This document shows positions 29,001-37,025 of a stretch of 64,000 nt of DNA, in pieces. Location: NCBI GenBank assembly GCA_037442085.1, contig JBBIQY010000002.1:6583-70582 (forward strand), given 5' to 3'. Source of the stretch: Anaerolineae bacterium (GTDB lineage: Bacteria; Chloroflexota; Anaerolineae; Anaerolineales; UBA6663). Both the position numbers and the translations under genes were made by a program. How positions within the stretch are numbered: the stretch's first letter is position 1; each line of letters starts with the position of its first letter. Below the pieces are notes generated by a model. The model was not told the DNA's origin, did no database searches, and saw only the letters and a program-made list of their open reading frames with translations.

Positions 29001-32000
29001 AGGACGAGCACGCTCAACAACTGGGCGTGCCACTTGATGGGCAGGCCCAGGGCCGAACGCGGCGCCGGCGTCAGCCTGCCTTCCGGGCCGTCGCGCAGGC
29101 GGACATCGTCGTGCCAGACCAGGGTCTGACGGGTAGCCACAACTTCGCCGGCCAGCCCGGCCCCCCTCCCTCCTTCGGCGGATAGGGGGTAGGTTCGCCC
29201 CAGCTCCCAGGCCGGCAGGCCATACGTGGCCGACAGGACCAGGTAAGAGGTTTCTGCCTGATAGGTGTACAACGCGCCCGAATGAATATCGAGCAGACGG
29301 GCCGCGCTCGAGAGCAACAACGGCAGCAGCTCCGGCAATGTTAGCTGCGCGCTCAACTCCAGGCTGAGAGCGTGCAATTCGGTCAGGGCAGCCACGCGGC
29401 GGCGCTCGGTCTGATAGAGCTGGGCGTTCTGCAGCGCCAGCGCGGCCTGCCCCGCGAAGGCGGCCAGGCGCTCGGCGTGTTTGGGCTGATAGAAATTCGG
29501 CTCGGCCTTGTCGAGCTGGAAAAAGGCGACGACGCGGCCCTGCGCGATGACCGGCGCGCCGGCGAACGATCGCACATGAGCCAGCGGCTCGATGAGGATC
29601 CAGCCGGGATAATCCTGCGTATTCGAGATGACGAGGGGCTGCCCGCTCTCGGCCATGTGGTGAAGCGTTGGCGTCGTGTTCAGGTCGAAGCTAAGATTGC
29701 GCATCGCTTCCACCGCCGCAACGCCGAGCTTCTCGTAACCGCGCTGTCGCGCCGGCCAGGCGCGCCCCTGCGCCGCATCCACCAGGAACACGCTGGCCGA
29801 GTCGAACGGCAACACGCCGGCGATCTGATCGAGAAAACGGTCGAGGACGGCGTCGAAATCGAGGTTGGCGCTGAGGGTGAGGGCGGCTTGGCGCAGGGCC
29901 TCGGCCAGTTCGCGCTGTTCGCGTTCGGCCTGAAACAGTCGGCCATTTTCGATGGCAACGGCAGCCTGGTCGGCGATGGCGCGCAACAGGCGCAGATCGC
30001 TGTCCGAAAACTGGCGCTGCGATGCATTGAGATACACTTCGAGCAAGCCCACCGTGCGTCCGCCCACCCGCGCCGCCAGCATCAGGAGCGAGGCGTAGTT
30101 CAGGCGCCGCAACAGGGCGATTTCAGCCGCGTCGGCGGTCGCCTCCGCCACGTTGACGCGCACGATCTCGTCACCTTCGACGACCCGAGCAGTCAGCGGG
30201 TAGTCGGCTAGCGGAAAGGTGGTCTCCGGGTGGTACGCACCTTTTGGCCGGCCCGCAGCGTAATTACCCAGGGTGGTGACGGTGTGCTCCACCGGATCGT
30301 AGCTTGAGAGCGCACAGGCCTCGACCTCGAAGGCCTGGGTGACGGCGAGCGCGACTTCGTCCATGACAGATCGTAATTCGAGGCTCGATGACACCATCCG
30401 GGCGACGTTGAGCAGGATGGTCAGCTCGCGTTCGCGCTGACGCGTCTCCTCCAAGAGACGCAAACGCTCCAGCGTAGCCGCCGCCTGATTGGCGAACGCC
30501 ATTATCGAGGCAGCGTCGGCAGACGAAAACTGGCCGGCCAGCTCGCCATCCACATTCAGAATGCCGGCGACCTGGTCGCGGATCATGATCGGAGCGCCGA
30601 TCCAGCAGCGGATATACTCGGTGCCCGCCACCGGCCGCCAGAGCGGATGCTCCGAGGCCCGATCCAGGATAAGCGGCCGGCGGTTGCGCAGCACCGTGGC
30701 GATGGTGGGCCAATCGTCCGGCTGTAAAGGGGAAAACTGTTGCGCCGCCGTGCGGAAGCCGCGCTGCGCGACCAGGTGCAATCGGCCGCCCTGTAGCAGC
30801 ATGACGGAGGCGCTGGCAAACGGCATCAGGTCGTGCAGTAGTTCGAGCAGGCGCTCTAACAGCGTGTCACGATCCAGCGTGACGTTAGCCAGGTTGGCGA
30901 CTTCACGCAGAGTCTCGGCTTGCCGGCGTGCGGCGCGTTCGGCCTCCAGCAGTCGCGCCTTCTCAAAGGCCAGCGCCAACTGGCCGGCCACCGTGGTCAG
31001 CAGCCGCTCATCGCGCTCGCTGAAGGCGTTCAACCGGTCGCTTGCCACATCCAGCACGCCGATCAAGCGATCGCCGCTTCTCAGCGGCACGCACAACTCG
31101 GAACGGATAGAGGGATGCCCCAGCCGATAGTCGGGGTCGTGGCTGACGTCCCCAACGCGCGCCGCCAGGCCGGTGCTCGCGACCCGGCCCGCGATCCCCG
31201 CACCGACCGGCACGCTGTAATTCATGTCTGTCTTCAGTCCACGGTAGGAGGGGTGTGGGTTCAATCGCACGCCGGCTGCATCGAGCAGCATCACACCATA
31301 GAGGCGAGCCGGGATAGCCTGACCGATGAGTCCGGTAGTGCGGGCAATCAATTCGTCGGAGGTCAGGCTTTCGGTCCCGGCCACGGCCACCGAATGCAGC
31401 AGGGTCAATTCTTCCAGTTGCGAGCGCACGGCATCGAACAGGCTGGCGTTTTCGATGGCGGCGGCCGCCTGTTCGCCCAACAGGCGGAGAATGCGCAACT
31501 CGGCCTCGGTCGCCTGGCGCGGCTCGGCGTACAAGATAACCATCACGCCCACAACGCGCTTTCCATACTTGAGCGGCAGGCCGATCACCGCCCCGCTCCA
31601 GGCCGGCTGAACATCGGCAAACAAGGGGTGTGAGCGGGTATCGGAGACGATCAACGCTTCGCCCGAACGGGCGACGGTGTACGTGACCCCACGGGGCCGC
31701 GGCGGCGGCAACTCAATGGCCCGGCCGGCGCTATCCAGGGCCGCGCCGAAGTCCAGGCGTCCGTGGTCGTACAGATAAATGCTCGTTCGCTGCAGACCAG
31801 GCAGCAGGCGGAGGGTCCCTTCGAGAATGGCGTTGAGGACGACCGGGAGGTCGAGGCTGGAAGTCAGGCTAAGGCTGGCGGCGCGAACGGCCTCCAGCTC
31901 GGCGGCGCGGCGCTCGGCGGCTTGGAACAGACCGACGTTGCGCAGAGCCAGCGCCATATGGCCGGCAAAGGCCGCCAGCCAGCGCGCATGCTGCGGTTGA

Positions 32001-33958
32001 TAAAAGCCCGGCTGCCCATGCTCCACGGAGAGGAATGCCACACACGCGCCCTGCACCATTACCGGCGCGCCGGCCCAGGCGCGCAGATAGGCGCTGGCGG
32101 CGGTAGGCTGCCAGTCAGGATCGGCGGCCACATCGCCGATGACCAGCGGCTGGCCGGTCTCTGCCATCCGCCGCAGATTCGCGGTGCGTTCGACCTCCAG
32201 TCGCACCGCACGCACCTGCTCCGCCACCCCCGGGCCGAGCTGCTCATAGCCGCGCAGTCCGGCCAGGCGCGCGACGCCACTTTCCACCAACAGCGCGCAG
32301 GCGGCGTGGTAGGGCACGACGCGCGCTACATGGCTCAGCAGCCGATCCAGCACGACCTCGATGTCGGCATCCACGGCTAGCGCCAGGCCCACATCGCGCA
32401 GCGCCTCGGCCAGCGCACGCTGCTCACGCTCGATTTCGAGGGCGCGCTGCTTTTCGATGGCCATGGCCAACTGGGCCGCCACCGTCGTCAGCAGACGTTC
32501 GTCAGCGGGGCTGAAGGCGTTCAGCCGCGGGCTTTCCATGTTGAGCACGCCGATGACTCGCTCGCCGATCTTCATCGGCACCGCCAGCTCCGAGCGCGTG
32601 GTGGGGCTCAGTTCGAAGTAGTCCGGGGATTTGGAAACGTCGCCTAAGCGGCGCGGCTGTCCGGTGGCGGCCACATTGCCCACAAGGCCCTTGCCGAGCG
32701 GCAGGATGAAATTGCCCTGTTCTGACACGCTTTGCTTCGGGTACAGGTTCAGGGTTTGCGTCTCCGCGTCCAGCAACATGATACCCAGCCCCTGCGTCTC
32801 GAACATCGGGTTGATGATCTCCATCACCCTCTCGGTCAGCTCGTCAATCGAGGCAGACTGGGTGGCAACCAGCGAGACGGCGTTGAGCAGCATCAGCTCG
32901 CGCAACTGGCGTTGAGAAGTTTCGAAAAGCTGCTGCCGTTGAATGGCGGTGGCCAGCTGATCAGCGAGCGCTTCAGCGAGCTGTAGGGTGAGCGGCGCGA
33001 AGGGCCTCCCGGAGCGCGCGTTATCCAGCGCGAGCACGCCGATCAGCGTCGTCTCCGACCAGATCGGCACGAGCAGCGTTTCGCTGGGCGCGAGGGCGGT
33101 CAGCCAGTGCTCGGGCAGCGCTTCTAGGATTTGGGTGACCGTGAGGCGGAGCGGCTGGCGGTGATGACGGATTTGTTGGGCGAACGGCGCGGTTGCCGCA
33201 TCGAGAGGGCCGAGAGACTCAAAAAACACCCGGTCGGCGGCCTGTGAAAACGCCACGGGACGAAAGGCGTCGAGATCCGGATCGTGGAGGAAGAGCGCGC
33301 AGCGGTCGCATTGCATCCACCCTGGCAACTGGCTGACCAGCGTCTGCGCCAGATCGGCCACACGGTTGGTGGACTGCGCCACGCGGGCCACCTCCAGTAA
33401 TATGCGTCGCGCCTCGGCGTCGCGCTTCTGCGCTTCATACAGTTGAGCGTTGATGAGCGCGGTCGCCGCCTGGTCGGCAAACGTGCTCAACAGCTCCAGA
33501 TCGCTCTGCCCGAACTGTACATGACGGGTCTTGCTATCTACATACAAGACGCCCAGCGGCCGGCCCTGGCGGTGCAGCGGCACGGCCATGATCGAGCGGA
33601 GCAGATAGTTGATCACCGACGCTTTGCTGGTGAAGCGCGGGTCCTTCTGGGCGTCGAAGGTGACCACGGGCTGGCCGGTGCGGATCACCTCCTGCACCAC
33701 CGAGCGGCTGATTTCAGAGGCCTCCTCGGTCAGCGTCTCGCCCTGAACACTGCGCGCCACGCGGAAATGGAACTCGCCCGACGGCTCATCGAGCAGCATG
33801 AGGAAACCGCGCTCCGCCCTGCTCAGGCGAATCGCCGAGTCAATGACGATGATCAGCGCCTCTTCCAACTCCAGCGAGGAGTTGAGCACGCGGGAGACTT
33901 CGTATAAAGCGGCTAGCCGATCACGGGCCGCGGGTTGGGCCGCCTCGCGCAACGACAT
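26090..33958 (-). CDS. Giant cytoplasmic sensor histidine kinase with ~14 tandem GAF-like modules + HisKA + HATPase_c
   Basis: 14 recurrences of the GAF-terminal helix pattern F(S/T)xxDxxLLxxxAxQxAxAIENAxL. FVSNVSHELRTPL (H-box). N/G boxes NLIGNAV and GTGLGLAIV. ATG 33958 has GAGG upstream, and the TTG 33997 alternative would overlap the tRNA promoter. Confidence 0.85.
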   Translation of the reverse strand: MSLREAAQPAARDRLAALYEVSRVLNSSLELEEALIIVIDSAIRLSRAERGFLMLLDEPSGEFHFRVARSVQGETLTEEASEISRSVVQEVIRTGQPVVTFDAQKDPRFTSKASVINYLLRSIMAVPLHRQGRPLGVLYVDSKTRHVQFGQSDLELLSTFADQAATALINAQLYEAQKRDAEARRILLEVARVAQSTNRVADLAQTLVSQLPGWMQCDRCALFLHDPDLDAFRPVAFSQAADRVFFESLGPLDAATAPFAQQIRHHRQPLRLTVTQILEALPEHWLTALAPSETLLVPIWSETTLIGVLALDNARSGRPFAPLTLQLAEALADQLATAIQRQQLFETSQRQLRELMLLNAVSLVATQSASIDELTERVMEIINPMFETQGLGIMLLDAETQTLNLYPKQSVSEQGNFILPLGKGLVGNVAATGQPRRLGDVSKSPDYFELSPTTRSELAVPMKIGERVIGVLNMESPRLNAFSPADERLLTTVAAQLAMAIEKQRALEIEREQRALAEALRDVGLALAVDADIEVVLDRLLSHVARVVPYHAACALLVESGVARLAGLRGYEQLGPGVAEQVRAVRLEVERTANLRRMAETGQPLVIGDVAADPDWQPTAASAYLRAWAGAPVMVQGACVAFLSVEHGQPGFYQPQHARWLAAFAGHMALALRNVGLFQAAERRAAELEAVRAASLSLTSSLDLPVVLNAILEGTLRLLPGLQRTSIYLYDHGRLDFGAALDSAGRAIELPPPRPRGVTYTVARSGEALIVSDTRSHPLFADVQPAWSGAVIGLPLKYGKRVVGVMVILYAEPRQATEAELRILRLLGEQAAAAIENASLFDAVRSQLEELTLLHSVAVAGTESLTSDELIARTTGLIGQAIPARLYGVMLLDAAGVRLNPHPSYRGLKTDMNYSVPVGAGIAGRVASTGLAARVGDVSHDPDYRLGHPSIRSELCVPLRSGDRLIGVLDVASDRLNAFSERDERLLTTVAGQLALAFEKARLLEAERAARRQAETLREVANLANVTLDRDTLLERLLELLHDLMPFASASVMLLQGGRLHLVAQRGFRTAAQQFSPLQPDDWPTIATVLRNRRPLILDRASEHPLWRPVAGTEYIRCWIGAPIMIRDQVAGILNVDGELAGQFSSADAASIMAFANQAAATLERLRLLEETRQRERELTILLNVARMVSSSLELRSVMDEVALAVTQAFEVEACALSSYDPVEHTVTTLGNYAAGRPKGAYHPETTFPLADYPLTARVVEGDEIVRVNVAEATADAAEIALLRRLNYASLLMLAARVGGRTVGLLEVYLNASQRQFSDSDLRLLRAIADQAAVAIENGRLFQAEREQRELAEALRQAALTLSANLDFDAVLDRFLDQIAGVLPFDSASVFLVDAAQGRAWPARQRGYEKLGVAAVEAMRNLSFDLNTTPTLHHMAESGQPLVISNTQDYPGWILIEPLAHVRSFAGAPVIAQGRVVAFFQLDKAEPNFYQPKHAERLAAFAGQAALALQNAQLYQTERRRVAALTELHALSLELSAQLTLPELLPLLLSSAARLLDIHSGALYTYQAETSYLVLSATYGLPAWELGRTYPLSAEGGRGAGLAGEVVATRQTLVWHDDVRLRDGPEGRLTPAPRSALGLPIKWHAQLLSVLVLLDERPQRFSEADVDILHLFADRAAIAIENVRLLGAVGKEKSRLELLLNLSQSLASTLNPQEVAYRAMALMCATTGAIRAAVFTADLESGDLRPVRLYGYADIPPEQLAGIRLLRGQGICGYAAQIRQPVLAGDVTQDPHWVHLPILDDGICAGLALPLLAGDELVGVLSLMSDRPHFLPEEQIPLLRAASVSVALALQNARLFETEASQVYHLTLLNEITQAAVTIESLPDLVQTLAERLGELAGAAGCYLDLWDEQRQQPVPAAAYGAARRAEAAGFLALSQAVLRTGYTLIVEDTWASSYFESPATSDLPRSTVLALPLLAGDQKLGAALIVYPFPHPFQPHERQHNEQAARQVALAIARTRLFHQTRRNADELAVASDLLRTLSVTPRVLQDFPAIAADLKQLTQCVCVCMFSLSADRRRLDLVGMDQTPLNGESVLHLPLSEDRVPASVLSGQPLFVPDLSASPPLLDSTLWQNTYTSCLIWPLRDSAQVTGLLCLFWPAPNGYARLNTNLLGQIADALALAVQKERLLDETLRRTAELEALTDVSAALRSAESTSDVLHFLLERSQRVIGAEAVCVIAPAEGAGRLVVVSQIGLMDGHEPGGQALDETLLDQVIASGTSRLAEITSTDAAAWPWPDPRARCAMYAPLRLGDALTGVLAVYAPAPRVFTEANLRLLTTIAEVGGNALQRARLLETLEQRVAARTRELAEANERLKELDRLKDRFVSNVSHELRTPLTAIKLHLGLLERRGADLLPRYLPILQRETQRLHRLIEDLLDLSRLHSQARPLNREPHSIELLLADVLALQSSRAEERQVVLHHEARADLPLVSVDVSQMMQLFNNLIGNAVAYTTRGGRVSVGARREFQNEQEGLAIFVHNDGPPIPPEDLPHLFTRFFRGRNAQESGEPGTGLGLAIVQEIVERHAGLIRVESTPETGTTFTVWLPLTAAGEPPATGNPTAGGGSPTE

Positions 33959-33984
33959 AGAGACCTCTACGCCCAATAGATTTC

Positions 33985-34013
33985 TTGACCGAGCCAAGCG
34001 TATACGCTAGAAT
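33985..34013 (+). promoter_or_regulatory. Near-consensus sigma-70 promoter for tRNA-Gly
   Basis: TTGACC (33985-33990), 17 nt spacer, TAGAAT (34008-34013). The mature tRNA 5' end is 13 nt downstream. Confidence 0.7.
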
Positions 34014-34025
34014 GCCTGCCGCACC

Positions 34026-34097
34026 GCGGGTGTAGTTCAGTGGTAGAACGCTTGCTTCCCAAGCAAGATATCGTGGGTTCGAATCCCATCACCCGCT
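34026..34097 (+). tRNA. tRNA-Gly (anticodon CCC)
   Basis: Manual cloverleaf: acceptor gcgggtg/cacccgc, D stem gttc/gaac, anticodon stem cttgc/gcaag with loop ttCCCaa, T arm gtggg-ttcgaat-cccat. 72 nt, CCA not encoded. Confidence 0.9.
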
Positions 34098-34140
34098 TAT
34101 TGTATCAGCCGGGCGGGTTCGCCAGTACCCGCTGGACGGA

Positions 34141-34174
34141 CGCCCTCGTAACCCCTCGAGGGCGATTACATTTT
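34141..34174 (+). terminator. Putative intrinsic terminator after the tRNA
   Basis: CGCCCTCG-taacccct-CGAGGGCG (8 bp GC stem) followed by attacatttt. Confidence 0.5.
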
Positions 34175-34239
34175 CGGCAAGTTCCAACCGTTTTCACACA
34201 CTGGTGCCGGCCCATAACCTGCCGCCGGACGGGGGTTCT

Positions 34240-34248
34240 TGTTAGAAT
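34240..34248 (+). promoter_or_regulatory. Possible extended -10 promoter (TGtTAGAAT) for the receiver/GAF operon
   Basis: tgttagaat lies ~85 nt upstream of ATG 34332. No good -35. Confidence 0.3.
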
Positions 34249-34331
34249 CGTCTCGCTCCCAACCAGGCGCGCAAGCTGCGCCGTTGGGCCTGACCGCCCC
34301 GCTCCATGGGCGTGCAACGGTTGATTGCAAT

Positions 34332-34718
34332 ATGCCGGAGACCCATATCTTGTACATTGAAGACAATGCCGACAACCGCACCCTGGTCAAGCGCGTGCTG
34401 GAAGCTGCCGGCTACCGGGTCAGCCTGGCTGCGGAAGCACAATCCGGGCTGGCCGAGGCGGTGCGCAGCCGGCCGCAGATCATCCTGCTGGACATCAACC
34501 TGCCGGAAGTGGATGGCTATACGTTGACCACACGCCTGCGCGCCACGGCCGGGCTGGAGAACACGTGCATTATTGCCCTGACCGCGAATGTCATGAAAGG
34601 CGACCGTGAGCGTACGCTAACCGCCGGGTGTAACGGTTACATTCAGAAGCCGATTGACGTGGATGCGCTGCCCGATCAGGTCGCGCGTTATCTGGCCCAG
34701 CACCGCAAAGCAACCTGA
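34332..34718 (+). CDS. Single-domain response regulator (CheY-like receiver)
   Basis: ILYIEDN...IILLDINLPEVDG...ALTANVMKGD...GYIQKPI. Confidence 0.85.
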   Translation: MPETHILYIEDNADNRTLVKRVLEAAGYRVSLAAEAQSGLAEAVRSRPQIILLDINLPEVDGYTLTTRLRATAGLENTCIIALTANVMKGDRERTLTAGCNGYIQKPIDVDALPDQVARYLAQHRKAT

Positions 34719-34739
34719 GGGCGCGCCAACCTCACCACA

Positions 34740-35180
34740 ATGAAACTCATGCCAACTCCGCCTCACACTCGCGAACCCGTCAACCCCAAAGACGCGACCG
34801 TGCTGATCGTCGAAGACAACGTCTCCAACTTTGTGCTGATGGCCCGCATGTTGGCGTATATGGGCGTGCCGCGCTGTGAATGGAAGACCTCGGGCTGGCA
34901 GGTGGTGGAATTCGCCGACACCCTGCCGCGCATTGACCTGATCATCATGGACATCCGGCTGCCCTACGAAGACGGCTACGCGGCACTCTCTAAAGTGCGC
35001 GCCACCCCCAAGCTCAAGGAGACGATCGTCGTGGCCGTGACCGCCGAAGCCACTCTGGAGCAGTTGAACCGGGCGCGCGCTGCCGGCTTCGACGGCTTCC
35101 TGGGCAAACCCCTTGACCCAGATCGCTTCCCCGACCAGATCCGGCGTTTGCTGCGCGGCGAGCCGGTCTGGGAACAGTGA
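34740..35180 (+). CDS. Single-domain response regulator (receiver), second copy
   Basis: VLIVEDN...LIIMDIRLPYEDG...AVTAEA...GFLGKPL. Confidence 0.8.
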   Translation: MKLMPTPPHTREPVNPKDATVLIVEDNVSNFVLMARMLAYMGVPRCEWKTSGWQVVEFADTLPRIDLIIMDIRLPYEDGYAALSKVRATPKLKETIVVAVTAEATLEQLNRARAAGFDGFLGKPLDPDRFPDQIRRLLRGEPVWEQ

Positions 35181-35198
35181 GCATGGGAGGAGGCGCGC

Positions 35199-37025
35199 AT
35201 GACCAGTCAGCCGCCCCTGTCCCCCCGGCCTACAGCCAGCGGCGGGTTGGCGCGCAGTCTGCTCTGGCTGGTGCTGCCGCTCACTCTCGCGCCGCTTCTG
35301 GTCGCAGCCTATGGCTTCTATCGTCAGGCGGAAGCCGAGCTTGACCGCCGCCTCACCACACAACTCGATACGCTGGTCAACGCCAAACTAGCGCAAATTC
35401 GACAATGGACGGACCAGCAGGTCACGGTCCTTGACGTGCTGGCGCGCGACATCGCGCGGGAGACAATCACCCCGGAAACAGCCGCCGCTCTGCGCCCGCA
35501 ACTGGCCGCGTTCCTCGATGCAAACCCGGCTTATAAGTGCCTCCTCATCGTTGGCGTCACCGATGGCGCCGTCTGGCTCAATGAGGGCGCTGCGCCAGCA
35601 GCGGCGATGTCCTTCTCCGAGAGCTTTCTCCAGCAAGTAAAGTATGAACCGCAGTTCCTGACGCCGCGCTTCTGGCCGGAGCTGGACGCGCAGGTCGTCA
35701 GCCTGGTCGCCACTACGCCCATCGCACCAGCCGAGCAGAGTGCGGTGGCGATCCTGGTCGGCGTGCTACGCCATGAGCCGCTGCTGCGAATCGTCGCGCC
35801 GGCGCCCGGCCTGGGAGCGACCGGCCAGGCCTACCTGGTCAGTGAAGACGGTTACCGCGTCGGCGTCCAGATCATGTCGCCGCGCGCCCGTCCGCGAAGC
35901 GAGACGATACGCCGCGTGCTCGATCAGGCCAGCAGCGGCGGAGGCTTCTACGCCAACCCGGAAGGGGCGACCGTCGTCGGGCGTTACGCCTGGCTGAACG
36001 AACAGCGGCTGGCGCTGTTCGTGGAGCAAGAGTGGGCCGAAGCTGCAGCGCCGCTCGAAAACACGCTGTGGATACTGGGGGCGGTGACCCTGAGCAGTAG
36101 TGTGCTGGTGGTTGTGGTGAGTACGTTCTTCACCCGGCGTCTGACCCGACCCATCCGCGCCTTGACTAACAGCGCCGCGCGCATCGCCGCCGGCGATCTG
36201 ACAGCTCAAGTGGAGATCGAACGCAGCGACGAACTGGGCCTGCTGGCGCAAGCCTTCAACCGCATGAGCGAAGACCTGCGGATTTCCTACCGGACGCTTC
36301 AAACCACCGCTGAGTGGCGCGCCCGACAATTGACGATCACAGCGGAGATGAGCCGCGTCGCCGCTGCCCATCGCAGCCTGGCCCAATTGCTGCCAGAAGT
36401 GACGGCCCTCATCCAGCATCATTTTGGTTACCATGGCGTGCTGGTTTTCCTGACCGATGAGACAGGTCAGTCGTTGCGGCTGCACACCGAACACTATGCG
36501 TCGGTGGCCAGCGGCCGTCCAGCAGGACCAAAGGCCCATCCCCTCACCATCGAGATCGAGTCTGGCTCATTGCCGGGCCACGTTGCGCGCAGCCGTTCGG
36601 CGCGCACAGCCGCTCAGGTGGAAGCCCCGCCCCTGCACCGGCTAGACCCGCGCCTGGCCGAATTCCAATCGGAGGCAGCCCTGCCCTTGACCGTCGGCGA
36701 GCGCCTCATCGGCGTCCTGGTCTGCCTCAGCCGCGAGCCCGACGCCTTCTCAGGCGCAGACTTCGACATCCTGCAAACGCTGACCGATCAGGCCGCCGTG
36801 GCGATCGAGAACTGCCAGCTCTTCGAGCGCCAGCAGAGCCTCTTACGCCTGGAGGAACTGGTACTCACGCTCTCGACGAAAGCGCACCGCTCCCTGAAAG
36901 CCGAGACCATCCTCGAAAGCACCGCTGTGGAGCTGGGCCGAGCGTTGGGCGCGCGCCGGGCCATCGTGCGCCTACAGGGCGGCAGCCCAGGTAACGGCCA
37001 GACGCTGGAGACGGACCCGAAATGA
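35199..37025 (+). CDS. Membrane sensor protein: TM - extracytoplasmic (Cache-like) domain - TM - HAMP - GAF, no output domain
   Basis: HAMP motif RPIRALTNSAARIAAGDLTAQVEIERSDELGLLAQAFNRM. GAF end FSGADFDILQTLTDQAAVAIENCQLF. GGAGGAGG SD. Confidence 0.8.
   Translation: MTSQPPLSPRPTASGGLARSLLWLVLPLTLAPLLVAAYGFYRQAEAELDRRLTTQLDTLVNAKLAQIRQWTDQQVTVLDVLARDIARETITPETAAALRPQLAAFLDANPAYKCLLIVGVTDGAVWLNEGAAPAAAMSFSESFLQQVKYEPQFLTPRFWPELDAQVVSLVATTPIAPAEQSAVAILVGVLRHEPLLRIVAPAPGLGATGQAYLVSEDGYRVGVQIMSPRARPRSETIRRVLDQASSGGGFYANPEGATVVGRYAWLNEQRLALFVEQEWAEAAAPLENTLWILGAVTLSSSVLVVVVSTFFTRRLTRPIRALTNSAARIAAGDLTAQVEIERSDELGLLAQAFNRMSEDLRISYRTLQTTAEWRARQLTITAEMSRVAAAHRSLAQLLPEVTALIQHHFGYHGVLVFLTDETGQSLRLHTEHYASVASGRPAGPKAHPLTIEIESGSLPGHVARSRSARTAAQVEAPPLHRLDPRLAEFQSEAALPLTVGERLIGVLVCLSREPDAFSGADFDILQTLTDQAAVAIENCQLFERQQSLLRLEELVLTLSTKAHRSLKAETILESTAVELGRALGARRAIVRLQGGSPGNGQTLETDPK

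Noticed and set aside
34040-34324. 94-aa ORF overlapping tRNA-Gly, plus antisense partners
   Set aside because: It starts inside the tRNA gene and runs through the terminator and promoter region. It is a composition artefact.
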